Source of the DNA: Salpingoeca rosetta
Taxonomy: Eukaryota; Protista; Choanoflagellata
NCBI GenBank assembly: GCA_033442325.1
Contig: JAWQFM010000026.1
Span: forward strand, 656,170 to 720,169
Direction: 5' to 3'
Length of the DNA: 64,000 nucleotides
Shown here in pieces: positions 46,919 through 57,246 of the stretch. The first letter of the stretch is position 1; every line of letters begins with the position of its first letter. The notes under the pieces are model-generated. The model did no database searches. It was not told where the DNA came from and was given only the letters and a program-made list of their open reading frames with translations. Both the position numbers and the translations under genes were made by a program.

Positions 46919-47093
46919 GCCTACTGCATCCCTGTGCGTGCGTCTGTCTCCACTACAAGAACCAATCGCCAACCCTCATCACCTTCTCATCCCTGGTGTG
47001 TGGTTGTCTTTGCGTTTGGTGCAGCCGCTTGTGATTCCAGTTGTCGGCGACGGCTGGCAGGACCAGGCTGAAAACGACCCACTCACCATCTGA
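36234..47093 (+). CDS. DLEC1: DLEC1/CFAP81-like flagellar central-apparatus protein with tandem ASH/MSP-like Ig domains; many exons, one probably hidden in a gap
   Basis: 'FLRNPR' followed by 'VFRPIPPVVAFNTF...LVNTSRVSRVLRIRP...VAPGLSVEVTIAFTPDHLGTYKEEL...IGERNPPGLTLEPTVDLG...FTNTGG', then 'YADVWGDYSDHL' and 'LDFGRCVLGEPQVKTVTLINLG'. These match the DLEC1 pattern as recalled. Confidence 0.8.
38638..38716. repeat. Intronic (CAT)n tract in the DLEC1-like gene; an intronic (CAA)n tract also lies at 42310-42397
   Basis: Directly visible; both lie upstream of AG acceptors (about 38728 and 42409). Confidence 0.85.
46388..46593. other. Assembly gap (N run) inside the DLEC1-like gene
   Basis: Run of n characters. 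Confidence 0.99.
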
Positions 47094-47350
47094 TGCAGTC
47101 TTGATGTTGATAATGATGATGGTGGTGATGGGTTTGGCAGTGTGTGTGTGTGTGTGTGAGTGTGTGTGTGTGTGCATTGTCTTCAACCACTTGGCTTGTT
47201 GTGTGTGTGTGTGTGTTGTGGTGATTGTACATAAACACAGAAAGCTCAGCCGCCCACTTCGTTGATCGTACACACACACGCACGCACGCACCATCCGCCG
47301 TTGCTGTGTGCTGTCGAATTTGTATTTCACTCAGAAGCCAAAAAAGGTAA

Positions 47351-47450
47351 NNNNNNNNNNNNNNNNNNNNNNNNNNNNNNNNNNNNNNNNNNNNNNNNNN
47401 NNNNNNNNNNNNNNNNNNNNNNNNNNNNNNNNNNNNNNNNNNNNNNNNNN
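47351..47450. other. Assembly gap (N run), intergenic
   Basis: Run of n characters. Confidence 0.99.
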
Positions 47451-47475
47451 CGAGATATAATCGTCTGCGCGGCCG

Positions 47476-47523
<48 letters not shown>

Positions 47524-47783
47524 CGTGTCACTCCTTGTCTGACACCAAAGCACCACTGCACGCTGGGTTGTCACACATGATGTGGCCTGCCTATGTGGTA
47601 CAGGATGAAGACGGCGCAGTAGTCACGTGTGCGGGAAGGCGAGTGTGCAAGCCAAGCACACGCTCAAACTGCACAACACACACACACGCACACACGTCAT
47701 ACACGCCACTCCAATCTGCCTTGATCAGTCAATCCCTCGCCACATTGCATCGGGGAAGGGGTTGCTGCGGGTTGCGGGTGCGT

Positions 47784-48196
47784 TTAAAGGTACTGCGAGA
47801 GCCAGCGGAAGGCGTCGCCATAGCCCTGCTTCTTGATGACAGTGCACATGAACAGCTCGAGCGGGCGACTGGCCAGGCTGGACTTGGGCACCGTGCCCTT
47901 GCCCGTCGTCTGGCCAATGAGACCAAGCGCAGCCCGCAACTCCTCCTCGCCGGCGGCGCCGGGGATGTCAATCTTGTTGCCGAGCACAACAATTGGGATG
48001 TTCGAGATGGCCTCGTCCCCCAGCAGCGCCTGCACAAATATATTTGGGAAGGGGGTGTGAGTGAGTGAGTGAGTGAGTGAGTGAGTGAGTGAGTGAGTGA
48101 GTGAGTGAGTGAGTGAGTGAGTGAGTGAGTGAGTGAGTGAGTGAGTGAGTGAGTGAGTGAGTGAGTGAGTGAGTGAGTGAGTGTGTGTGTGAGTGA

Positions 48197-48231
<35 letters not shown>

Positions 48232-49144
48232 TGAGTGAGCGAGAGTGTGTGTGTGTTCTTGCGCAGAGCAAACGCGTTTTCCGTGTGTGCATTGTGACAT
48301 GCGGCAGCGTACGCACGTCGAGTTCTGCCTTTGATTCCTTGAAGCGGTCGCGGTCCGACGCATCCACCATAAACACAATCGCATTCACAGCAGGAAAGTA
48401 CGTCTTCCACACGCGGCGCGCTGGTTGTATGTAATATGGCGTGTTGTGTATTGTGTGTGTGTGTTGGAAGGTGAGCTTGTGTGATGGCGCAGAAGAGCAC
48501 TTGAACTTGAAGGATGGAGGTGAGGCCTTGAGTGCAAGCACGCACGCACGGACGGACGCACGCACGCACACACGGGCGGCGTACAACAACAGCAGGAGCA
48601 TTTGGTGTGAAGGCAGTGCTGTTGGGTGTGCCCACCTTGCTTGTGACCACCAAGATCGTGTGTTGTGAATGTGATGCCTGCAATGGAGAGCTCCTCCGCA
48701 GCTGTGCGCAACAAGCAATGGTCACGCAAACACAACAAAAGTGGTGATGGTGGGGTGCATGAGAAGGGGGATACCTGGAAGACAGAGCGGTGATGCACGT
48801 ACATGGGATTCGTACACACACACACACACACACACACAAGAATAGACGCGCACATGCACACATGCACAACCACGCACATGCACACATGCACACATGCACA
48901 GCTGCGCACACACAAGCGCAGTCACGTACGCTCACGCACGCAAACACACAAACACACACGCACACACGCAGATGCACTTACTTGGATAGAGGGTGGGCGG
49001 TGCTGCTTGCACGCGACCGTCCCTGAGCATGTTGAGGAGGGTGGTTTTGCCTGCGGCGTCAAGGCCAAGGAACACGAGCTTGCCGCTCTTGTTGGCCAGG
49101 CCAAGCGAGGACAGCAGCCCCCAGAACCAGTCCACCAAAAACAT
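47784..49144 (-). CDS. SAR1: SAR1 small GTPase (COPII); 4 exons
   Basis: Exons about 49144-48982, 48701-48636, 48421-48317, 48030-47784. '[37 protein letters not shown]', 'PTLYPTAEELSI', '[16 protein letters not shown]', 'LGNKID', 'GQTTGKG', '[27 protein letters not shown]'. Confidence 0.95.
48056..48182. repeat. (GAGT)n tetranucleotide microsatellite in the last SAR1 intron
   Basis: About 30 perfect gtga/gagt units read directly. Confidence 0.95.
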
Positions 49145-50445
49145 GACGCTGTCGTGGTAGTTGTCCAAGCCAGCAGCGAGCGCGGGCGCAGCAGAGTCCG
49201 CAGATGAGCCAAACATGCGAATCAAGTCCATCACGAAACGTCAGGTGAGCGTGTGGAGGAGGGACGTGAAATGAGAGAGGAAGACGTGGGAGATGAAGAC
49301 GTGGGATATGCGACACAGTGTTGATGTGGAGGGAGGGTTTTGAGAGAATCATCGAAGAAGCAAACATGGATGCAGATACACACTCAAGGTATACACACAC
49401 ACACAACACACACACACACAGATGCACGTACCGCTGTTTCCGCTGTGTCTGAAATATGGGGAGGGAAAGCTGTGCGTGTGTGCGTGTGTGTGTGGCACAG
49501 AGGAGAAGCGAGTCGTGAGTTGGCACACACAGCGAGAACAAACTCGACAACCACGCTGATAGATAGAAGAAGAAGAAGCGAAGGGAAAGAAGGCGGTGTC
49601 ACGACAACGCGAAATGTCCACGCGTGCACAACGACAAAGAGAGAGAGAGAGGGAAGCGACACAACCCGTGCTTCTGTGTCTCCGCGCAATGATGGGGGGT
49701 GGCAAACAATGCAACAAAGCACGCACACACGAAGCAACAGCAGAGGAAAGCGAAGGAAACCCAGACACACACATACACGACACACATGTGGTGTTCCCGC
49801 TGTCCGTGTTCGATGCACACTCAGGCACAGAGCAACGTCACAGCAAGCAAGCAAGCAAGCAAGACAAACACTCACATCACACACAATGACAAGGCACGCA
49901 CCCCAAAGTCGTCGTCAGCCAACGAATGAGGACGTGGACTCGAAACACGAAAAGCGAAGGAAATGAAGGGAGGTCGAGCAACCAAATGGGATATAAATAG
50001 GACATACCATGGGCACGCACAGCATACAAATAGTACATCATAAAAGACTTGAATCAGTCTCACATCTCACACGCGCCAAATCAGCACCAGTGCAGATATC
50101 AAAAGGAGCAGCACAGCGACACCGCGACGCGAACTTCGAAGGCGCAAAGACACTCAGGACACTGCCTCTGCGCTCGCACTCCTGCACAAGCACTCACCAC
50201 GACCACCAAGCAAGCAAGCGCAAGCAAGCGCAAGAGAAGCGACGGCACCCGACACGACAGGCACGGTGGCCAGTTAGTGAAGTCAAGTACTTTCTTACTT
50301 TCAAATCAGCAGTTCCATTCGCCTATTCGCCTTCATAGACCAGCTCCTCAGCTCACCGAAGGCTCGAAGCCGACCACCACAGCACCAGACCACCCCACTC
50401 TACTCCAGCCTACTACGAGTACTACGACCATAACAGCCAGCCAAC

Positions 50446-53196
50446 ATGAACCCTGAGTACGACTACTTGTTCAAACTCTTGCTTGTTGGCAAGAGCGGGG
50501 CTGGGAAGTCGTGCTTACTGCTTCGCTTCGCAGAGGATACGTTTACTCAGTGCCACTTCACATCGTCCGGAGGTGGGGTCGACTTTAAGAACCACACAGT
50601 GGAATTGGATGGCAAAGTCATCAAGCTCCAGATATGGGACATGGATGGTGATGAATCCCGGTTTCGGACTATCACATCATCGTACTATCGAAGCGCGCAC
50701 GGGATCATTGTCTGCTATGACGTCACCGACAAGGATTCTTTCGACAATGTCAACTACTGGCTCCAAGAAATTGACCGCTACGCTCACGAGAACGTCAACA
50801 GGCTTCTCCTCGGCAACAAAATCGATCTGGAAGCAAAGAAGCAAGTGGACCATGCCACTGCCAAGGAGTTCGCAGACAATGTTGGCATGCCTTTTCTTGA
50901 GGTTAGTGCAAAAAACAACATTAACGTGGAGGAGGCCTTCATGACGGTCGCTGCAGACATCAAGGCCCGCATGGGACCGACGATTATGAAGAAGAAGGAC
51001 CCACTCGTCCTCGAGTTCAAAGCCAAACCGTCCGTCAAGGCCCGACGACGCGTGCGCCGGGGCGTCGCTGATACCATGTGCGACTGGATTGAGAAGAAGC
51101 AAGGCAACTTTCCACACATGTGGCAGCGCCGCTGGCTCGTCCTGAGCGACACACAACTCACATACACCAAGACGGAATGGCAAGGCGAGAAGCCACGCGG
51201 CACCATCCCCCTCACCGACATCTTTGAGGTGGAGGTCCCCGACCTCACCAAGCCCCTCTTCAACCTGCACACGCCCAGCCGCACCTACTTCATGAGCGCA
51301 AGCTCGATGGATGCCCGCGACAAATGGTTCTCCAAGATTAACCATGCCATGAAAGCGGTTTCGTTTGAGGAAGTCTCGCTTACGCACGAGTTCCTGGACA
51401 AGCCGCGTGGACAACACGGCCGCGTGCAGGTGGCAAAGGTGTCGTGTGAGCATATCACCGCATCCGTGGCCGCCTTCAAGTGTCTGCACTTGCGCAACAT
51501 TGTCCTTGACGTGGGCATGGTGGATGCCTTCACTGCGGAAATCAACCTTCTGCGCCAGGTCAGGATCAACCACGAAAACGTTGTGGCGTTCCTGGGCCAC
51601 GGCCAGATGCCCATCACCGCGCTTGAGGAGCACGAGAGCACAGACACCATTCGTGACCTGAAGCAGGAGCTGCCGCTTGTGCCTTTCTACCTGATGGAGG
51701 CGATGGACATGTCGCTGCACAGCTTCCTGTTTGACCCCTGCTGCCCGCTCACCGCCGCGCAGGCCCTGCACTGCATGCGAGCAGCCATCAGCGCCGTGCA
51801 CTACCTGCACTCCCGCACGCCCTCCATCATCCACGCCGACATCAACACGCCAAACTTTCTCGTCAACGCAAACTTTCACGTCAAGCTGGCAGACTTTGGC
51901 TGCGCGCGCGCCGAGGAGAGGGCAGACACCAAGTTCACGGACGTCGTGTCCACCCCTGGCTACGCCGCCCCGGAGGTGTTCAGCACGGAAGGGTGGACGA
52001 AGGCCATTGACGTGTTCAGCCTGGGCGTGGTGCTGTTTGAGCTGTTGCACCAGCGAAAGGCGTACCACTACGATGGGTCTGGCTGTACGACGCTGGAAGA
52101 GTACAAGCGGCGCGTGAGCGCGTTTGAGCTGCCGCAGGTGGAGGAGCCAACCACGGACCTGGCCAGGCGGGACGCAGCAAACGAGGACCTGCTGCAGACC
52201 GCAATCCACTCATGTCTTGGCAAGGCCGGCACCCGCCCGTCGCCAGTCCACCTGCTTGACCCCTTGAAGAAGTCCCGTGAGCTGTATGACGCGCGCCCGG
52301 TTGCCACGCCCGCGTGGCTGGGCGCCAAGATCACACAGGTGCAGTCCCATACGGAAGACACGCCTGTGCCGTCGCTGAGCACGGTGGACCGGGCATGGCT
52401 GCCCAAGCCGCGAGGAAGCAGCGAGGAGGGGGAGGAGGAAGGAGATAAAAGTGGCAACAGCGATCACCTTGCAGATGGTGGCAGTGACGGCAACGCGCGC
52501 ACGCAGGCCGCTCACGAGGAAGCACAGGCAGAGGGAAGCAGCAGCGGCGGCAGCAGTGGAGAGGAAGGGAAGCAAGACAAACAAGAGAAGGAGAAGGAGA
52601 AGGATGAGAATGGGGAGGAGTGGCCCGAGTACGAGTATGACGTGTTTATCAGTTATCGCAAAGAGTGCGACCGTGTGGCTGCCGAGGGCGTTGCAGACCA
52701 GCTGCAGCACGCGCAGCTCCGGGTGTTCCTGGATGCAGACTCCATCTTGCCGTCACACGACTGGCAGCAGACGTTCCAAGATGCCCTGCGCCGCTCGCGC
52801 CTCTTCCTCCCGCTCATGTCCCACCGCTCGCTCTGTGAGACGGGCCCGTGCAATGGCTTGCACAACGTGACGCCGACCTCGCCCGTCGACAACGTGCTGC
52901 TGGAGTATGAGATGGCCGTGATGCTTGCAAGCAAAGGGCGCATGTCCATCTTTCCTGTTGGCCTGGCAGAGGGTGTTGATGTGCCTGGCCGCGGACGGGC
53001 CATCTTGCCGTTTGGCGATTTTGACTTCCCCTCGCGCTGCCCGGAAACAGGGACACCCACGGCGCCGGACGGCAGTGTCAGGGCGACGATGGAGGCGGTG
53101 TTTTCGCGCCAATTCCACCGCTTGGACCCAGAGGACCGCGCAGCCAAGCACGTGCTCGCCCGCGATGTCGCCGCAGCCGTCAGGCGCCTGCAATAG
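50446..53196 (+). CDS. Intronless 916-aa fusion protein: Rab1-like GTPase - PH domain - TKL-type protein kinase - acidic linker - TIR domain
   Basis: Rab1 (about 50446-50973): '[15 protein letters not shown]', 'IKLQIWD', '[11 protein letters not shown]', 'GIIVCYDVT', 'LLGNKID', 'FLEVSAK'. PH (about 51076-51354): 'WIEKKQG...WQRRWLVL...PRGTIPL...RTYFMSA...DKWFSKI'. Kinase (about 51364-52270): 'HENVVAFLG', '[13 protein letters not shown]', 'VKLADFG', 'TPGYAAPE', '[12 protein letters not shown]'. TIR (52636-53193): 'YDVFISYR', 'RVFLD', '[13 protein letters not shown]', '[10 protein letters not shown]', 'IFPV'. Confidence 0.92.
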   Translation: MNPEYDYLFKLLLVGKSGAGKSCLLLRFAEDTFTQCHFTSSGGGVDFKNHTVELDGKVIKLQIWDMDGDESRFRTITSSYYRSAHGIIVCYDVTDKDSFDNVNYWLQEIDRYAHENVNRLLLGNKIDLEAKKQVDHATAKEFADNVGMPFLEVSAKNNINVEEAFMTVAADIKARMGPTIMKKKDPLVLEFKAKPSVKARRRVRRGVADTMCDWIEKKQGNFPHMWQRRWLVLSDTQLTYTKTEWQGEKPRGTIPLTDIFEVEVPDLTKPLFNLHTPSRTYFMSASSMDARDKWFSKINHAMKAVSFEEVSLTHEFLDKPRGQHGRVQVAKVSCEHITASVAAFKCLHLRNIVLDVGMVDAFTAEINLLRQVRINHENVVAFLGHGQMPITALEEHESTDTIRDLKQELPLVPFYLMEAMDMSLHSFLFDPCCPLTAAQALHCMRAAISAVHYLHSRTPSIIHADINTPNFLVNANFHVKLADFGCARAEERADTKFTDVVSTPGYAAPEVFSTEGWTKAIDVFSLGVVLFELLHQRKAYHYDGSGCTTLEEYKRRVSAFELPQVEEPTTDLARRDAANEDLLQTAIHSCLGKAGTRPSPVHLLDPLKKSRELYDARPVATPAWLGAKITQVQSHTEDTPVPSLSTVDRAWLPKPRGSSEEGEEEGDKSGNSDHLADGGSDGNARTQAAHEEAQAEGSSSGGSSGEEGKQDKQEKEKEKDENGEEWPEYEYDVFISYRKECDRVAAEGVADQLQHAQLRVFLDADSILPSHDWQQTFQDALRRSRLFLPLMSHRSLCETGPCNGLHNVTPTSPVDNVLLEYEMAVMLASKGRMSIFPVGLAEGVDVPGRGRAILPFGDFDFPSRCPETGTPTAPDGSVRATMEAVFSRQFHRLDPEDRAAKHVLARDVAAAVRRLQ

Positions 53197-53826
53197 TGTC
53201 TTTTGGGGCGCCTTGTTTGTGTGTGTGTGTGTGTGTGTGTGGATGTGTGATTGGTTGTGTTCGTGTTTGTTTATTTGGTTGATTGCTTGCTTGCTTGCAT
53301 CATGGTTGTTTGCAAACATTACTTTGTGACATGACCACTTTTACATTTTCTTTTCTTCTTTACCTTTGTGTACAACGTAGTATTCGACTTAGTGATACAC
53401 CATAAGACCATGGGCCATGCAGGTTTTATCGTCAGCGCTGAATGACACTTTGAAGCGTCACAAGTACCATGGGGCTGCGAGCCCATAATTGCCATGTGCA
53501 CAACAGTCATGTTCACCTATTCTCTGCTATTGCTTCGTCATAAGCAAGTACAACCTCTGCTTCCTCACAGCAGCAATGTAGGATCACTGGCTGGCTTGAA
53601 TTCGTTTATGGTACATACACCATGCTTCGGAACAAACAGACAAGCAGCACAGCATGTGAACCACCCAACATAGTTTCTTTTCTCAGTACAAATTGGGAAG
53701 GGCACAAAGTGCGAGCTCACAGACAAACAGACAATTCAACTTCTCGACCATTTCCACCCTCTCTCGTCCCTCCCCGCACATTGGTGCAGTCGTGTGTTGC
53801 GCTGCTGCTGATGTCACCACCATCTA

Positions 53827-54032
53827 TCAACGCCTGCGCTCTTGCTTCTGTGTCTTTTTCCTCCTCTCCTCCTTTGCCTTTTCTTTTCGCTGCTTATCTG
53901 CCGCCAAAGCAGCCTTGTTGCGCGCAGTCTGGGATGGATGGATGGGTGTACGCACGGGTGTGCGTGTATGAGGTTGTGAGTTCAAAAAAGGATTGGAAGG
54001 GGCACATCAGGTGCCAACAACTCCTGTGTGCA

Positions 54033-54076
<44 letters not shown>

Positions 54077-54136
54077 CAGACACACACACATGCAGACACA
54101 CGCACACACAAAACAGACACACACACACACATGCAG

Positions 54137-54168
<32 letters not shown>

Positions 54169-55007
54169 CAGACACACACATGCAGACACACACAAACAAA
54201 CAAACACAGACACAGACACAGACACACACACACACGCACACACATGCAGACACACAAACAAAACTCACGCGGGCCTTTGATTCTGCCTGGTGCGCTTCTC
54301 GCTTCTGCTGCTCCACTGCCGCCACCGCACTGCGGTTTGTGTTGACAAAGTTGACTGCAACGCACACGGGAAAATGCAATGCATTCGCCTCACGCGTGAG
54401 GACTAGGGCACCGCAAGTACAGACAACGGGGATCAATGCCACGCACCACATCCTTTCACACACATGCAGACCTGCGAGGTCGTTGGCGTTGGCCTGCTTT
54501 CGCTGCTTGCGGATCTTCTTTTCGCTGACGGGTCTCGTTCGCGGGTGTCCTTCGCTCTTGTTGTCACCATCTTCCCCCTCCTCATCCTCGTCATCATCTT
54601 CGCCCAGGTCCCCTGCGATACAAACACGTGTGAACAAAATCACCATGTTCAACGAGCGCAAGCAGGACGATTTCCACACAAGAGAAGAGAAGAGAAGACA
54701 AGACAAGACAAAGTAACACAGCACAGCGCAGCACAGTACAGCACAGCGCAGCACACACAACCCAAGCATCGACCGGCTCCTCACCGCATGCCTTGAGTAC
54801 CGCCTTGCGAACATCGTCCGAGACGACTGCGCGTGCTTCTGCTTCCCTGACGCGCTTCTCTTCTTCCTTCAACTTGGCGGAGTGCTGCGCGGCAATCTCT
54901 GTGTGGCGCGTTGCGTGCAGGTGTGAACACGTGAACAGGCAGGTGGCTATGCAGCGCGTGAACAAGCACGTGGTCATTCAGCACGTAAACAGGCAGGTCA
55001 CACAGAA

Positions 55008-55040
<33 letters not shown>

Positions 55041-55352
55041 AAGCTTGGCAATGCACTTGCCTGCCAGGGTTGGTTTGGCTGGCTCTTTGTCTGCCAGTGT
55101 TGCGGGCACAGTGGAAGCCTGTTGCTTGGCATCCTTCCACATTTGCACAATGGCCTGAGTCACGCTGTCCACCAGCGCTTCATCCTCGGCTGCGTCCTCC
55201 AGGAACTCCTTTAGGCCCTCCACTGCTTCCTGCTCCTCACTCTCGTCTTGCTCTTCGTCCACTTCCAGCATGGACACGACGTACGATGCCGTCGTCTCAT
55301 CGTCCAGCCCCAGCCGCTCCAGCTCAGCCAGCACCTTTGCCTCGTCCATCAT
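53827..55352 (-). CDS. CCDC43: CCDC43-like protein (PWI-like N-terminus, coiled-coil C-terminus); multi-exon
   Basis: N-terminal '[19 protein letters not shown]...LKEFLEDA...IVQMWK', middle 'RKAVLKA', '[17 protein letters not shown]', and last exon '...[23 protein letters not shown]-stop' resemble CCDC43 as recalled. Confidence 0.8.
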
Positions 55353-55710
55353 GCACTTTCCTTCTTTCTCCTCTCTTCTTTTTGCTCTGTCAGAATTGCC
55401 TTGGCTTTAAAGGCAATTTTGCCTTTGGCCGTGCGCTTTTGTGTGTTCCGTGTGCGAGGCAAACGAAGTGAGAGGCAAACAGCAACAGCAACGACGAAGC
55501 AGCTGAACGGAGCAAACCCAAGCACTTGGCGCAGCAGGATCGCCGTGCCAGTCGAGTCCGTCAACAAAGGGGGGTGATCTGTGCTGTGCTGCGCTCTGTC
55601 AGGCCACAGCAGACCAAGTGTCGAGCAGGAGATACGTTTTGCCGTTTGGTTCCTCGCCACATCCACGCGGGTGACAGCCAACCGTTGTGTGTGCAACAGC
55701 ACCCTGCACC

Positions 55711-57177
55711 ATGTCGTCCTCATCGTCAACAACATCGCCCAAGTTCAAGCCAGAGGCGCTCAAAGTACGTGCGTGGTGTGTGTGTGTGTATGTGTGTGCG
55801 TGGTGTGTGTGTGTGTATGTGTGTGCGTGTTGTGTGTGTGTGTGCGTGTGTGTGTGTGTGTTCTAGCACCAGTTACTCATGCGCTTTTCCTCCATGCTTA
55901 TCAAACAGTTCAAGGAGCGGGGCAATGAGTTCTACAAGAAGCGCAACTTCAAGAATGCCATCCTCTACTATTCCATGGTTCGCCATTGAGTGGTTGTGTG
56001 TGTGTGCGTGGGGGGGGGGGGTGGGGGCGGGAATGCAAACAGGCTTGCTTGAGCAAGTGTGCGTGCGTGTGCGTGTGTGTGCGTGTGTGCGTGTACCAGG
56101 TGAATAACAACAGCAAGACCAAAGTGCCTTGTCGAGCTCACACATGCGTCTGCATCACATGCTCTATCACCCGTTAGGCCATCCGCCTGGACCACACAAA
56201 CCCATCATTCTTCGCCAACCGTGCCGCAGCCTTTTATGAGACAGGTCAATATGCAGGTGCAGCCGCAGACTGCAAGACGGCTCTCGACATGATGCAGCCA
56301 GGCGACAAGCTCACTGCAAAGGTGTGTTGTCTGTGTGTGTTGTCTGTGTTGTCTGTGTGTTGTGCGCGCGCGTGTTGTGTGGGTGTGTATGTCTGTGTGT
56401 TGTGTGGGGTGTCCGCGGGTCTAGGCATAACACAAGTCAAACATCAGGGTCATGCAAAGAACGTTGCGTCATCTACATACGTTGGTCTACCACCATTCAT
56501 CTGCTTTTGCTGTTGTTGGTGTTTGCAACGTGAACGCACTTTGATAGGTCACCCACCGCATGGCAAAGTGCCTGTATTTTACCGATCAACTGGCAGAGTG
56601 CCGCTGTAAGTGCACACTGCCCTGATACTCAATGCTAAACTTGCATATTGCCACTGAACCCCAAGTTTTCTTCATCGACAAGCCTCGTCTTCCATGTGTC
56701 ACGTGCCTCATGATCACCGCCACCATCACCATCGTCAGCGCTCTTGCGGGACACGGAGGGCCAGACGGCGGAGACGCAGCGGTTCATGGCTGCTGCTGAT
56801 CACTATCTGCGCATGCGGGTGCGTGGCCTGCATGGGGAGCATGTGGGCAAATGTGTGGGCGTGTATTTGGTTGCGCATGTTCCTGCATGCGTGTGCGCTG
56901 GAAGGGGGGGGGGTTGCCTCGTTTGCCTCGTGTTTATGTGCGTGTCTTGGTAGCATTCGCATTTGTTCATAGTGTTGCTGTTGTCACATGTACACGTGTG
57001 TACATCTGTGCATGTGTACACATGTGTGTGTGATCCTGCGACTGTCTGGTTCAGTCTGTGCGTTCGGCGCGCGATCCAATCCCAGAGCACGACAAGGTCG
57101 TCGCCGTCGCTCCAGCAAAGGTTCGCGTCCGTGCTGCTTGAAGAGAAGCACCATTCATGCTGTTGTTGGACCCATGT

Positions 57178-57246
<69 letters not shown>

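Noticed and set aside
50677-52209. Long antisense ORFs (510 aa here; also 19141-20697, 21034-22272, 33193-34266, 60985-63036)
   Set aside because: Shadows of GC3-rich coding sequence on the opposite strand with no recognisable motifs.
50446-53196. ROCO/LRRK-type protein interpretation of the GTPase-kinase fusion
   Set aside because: The GTPase is Rab1-like, not Roc, and a PH domain rather than a COR domain follows it.
53330-53720. AT-richer, repeat-free stretch as a possible mobile element or ncRNA
   Set aside because: No terminal repeats, coding motifs or recognisable RNA structure; compatible with convergent 3' UTRs.
54928-55005. Degenerate 27-bp x3 repeat (cacgtgaacaggcaggtgg...) in a CCDC43 intron, and 9-bp repeats at 26676-26717
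   Set aside because: Plain minisatellites without spacers; not CRISPR-like, and no cas or transposase genes are present.
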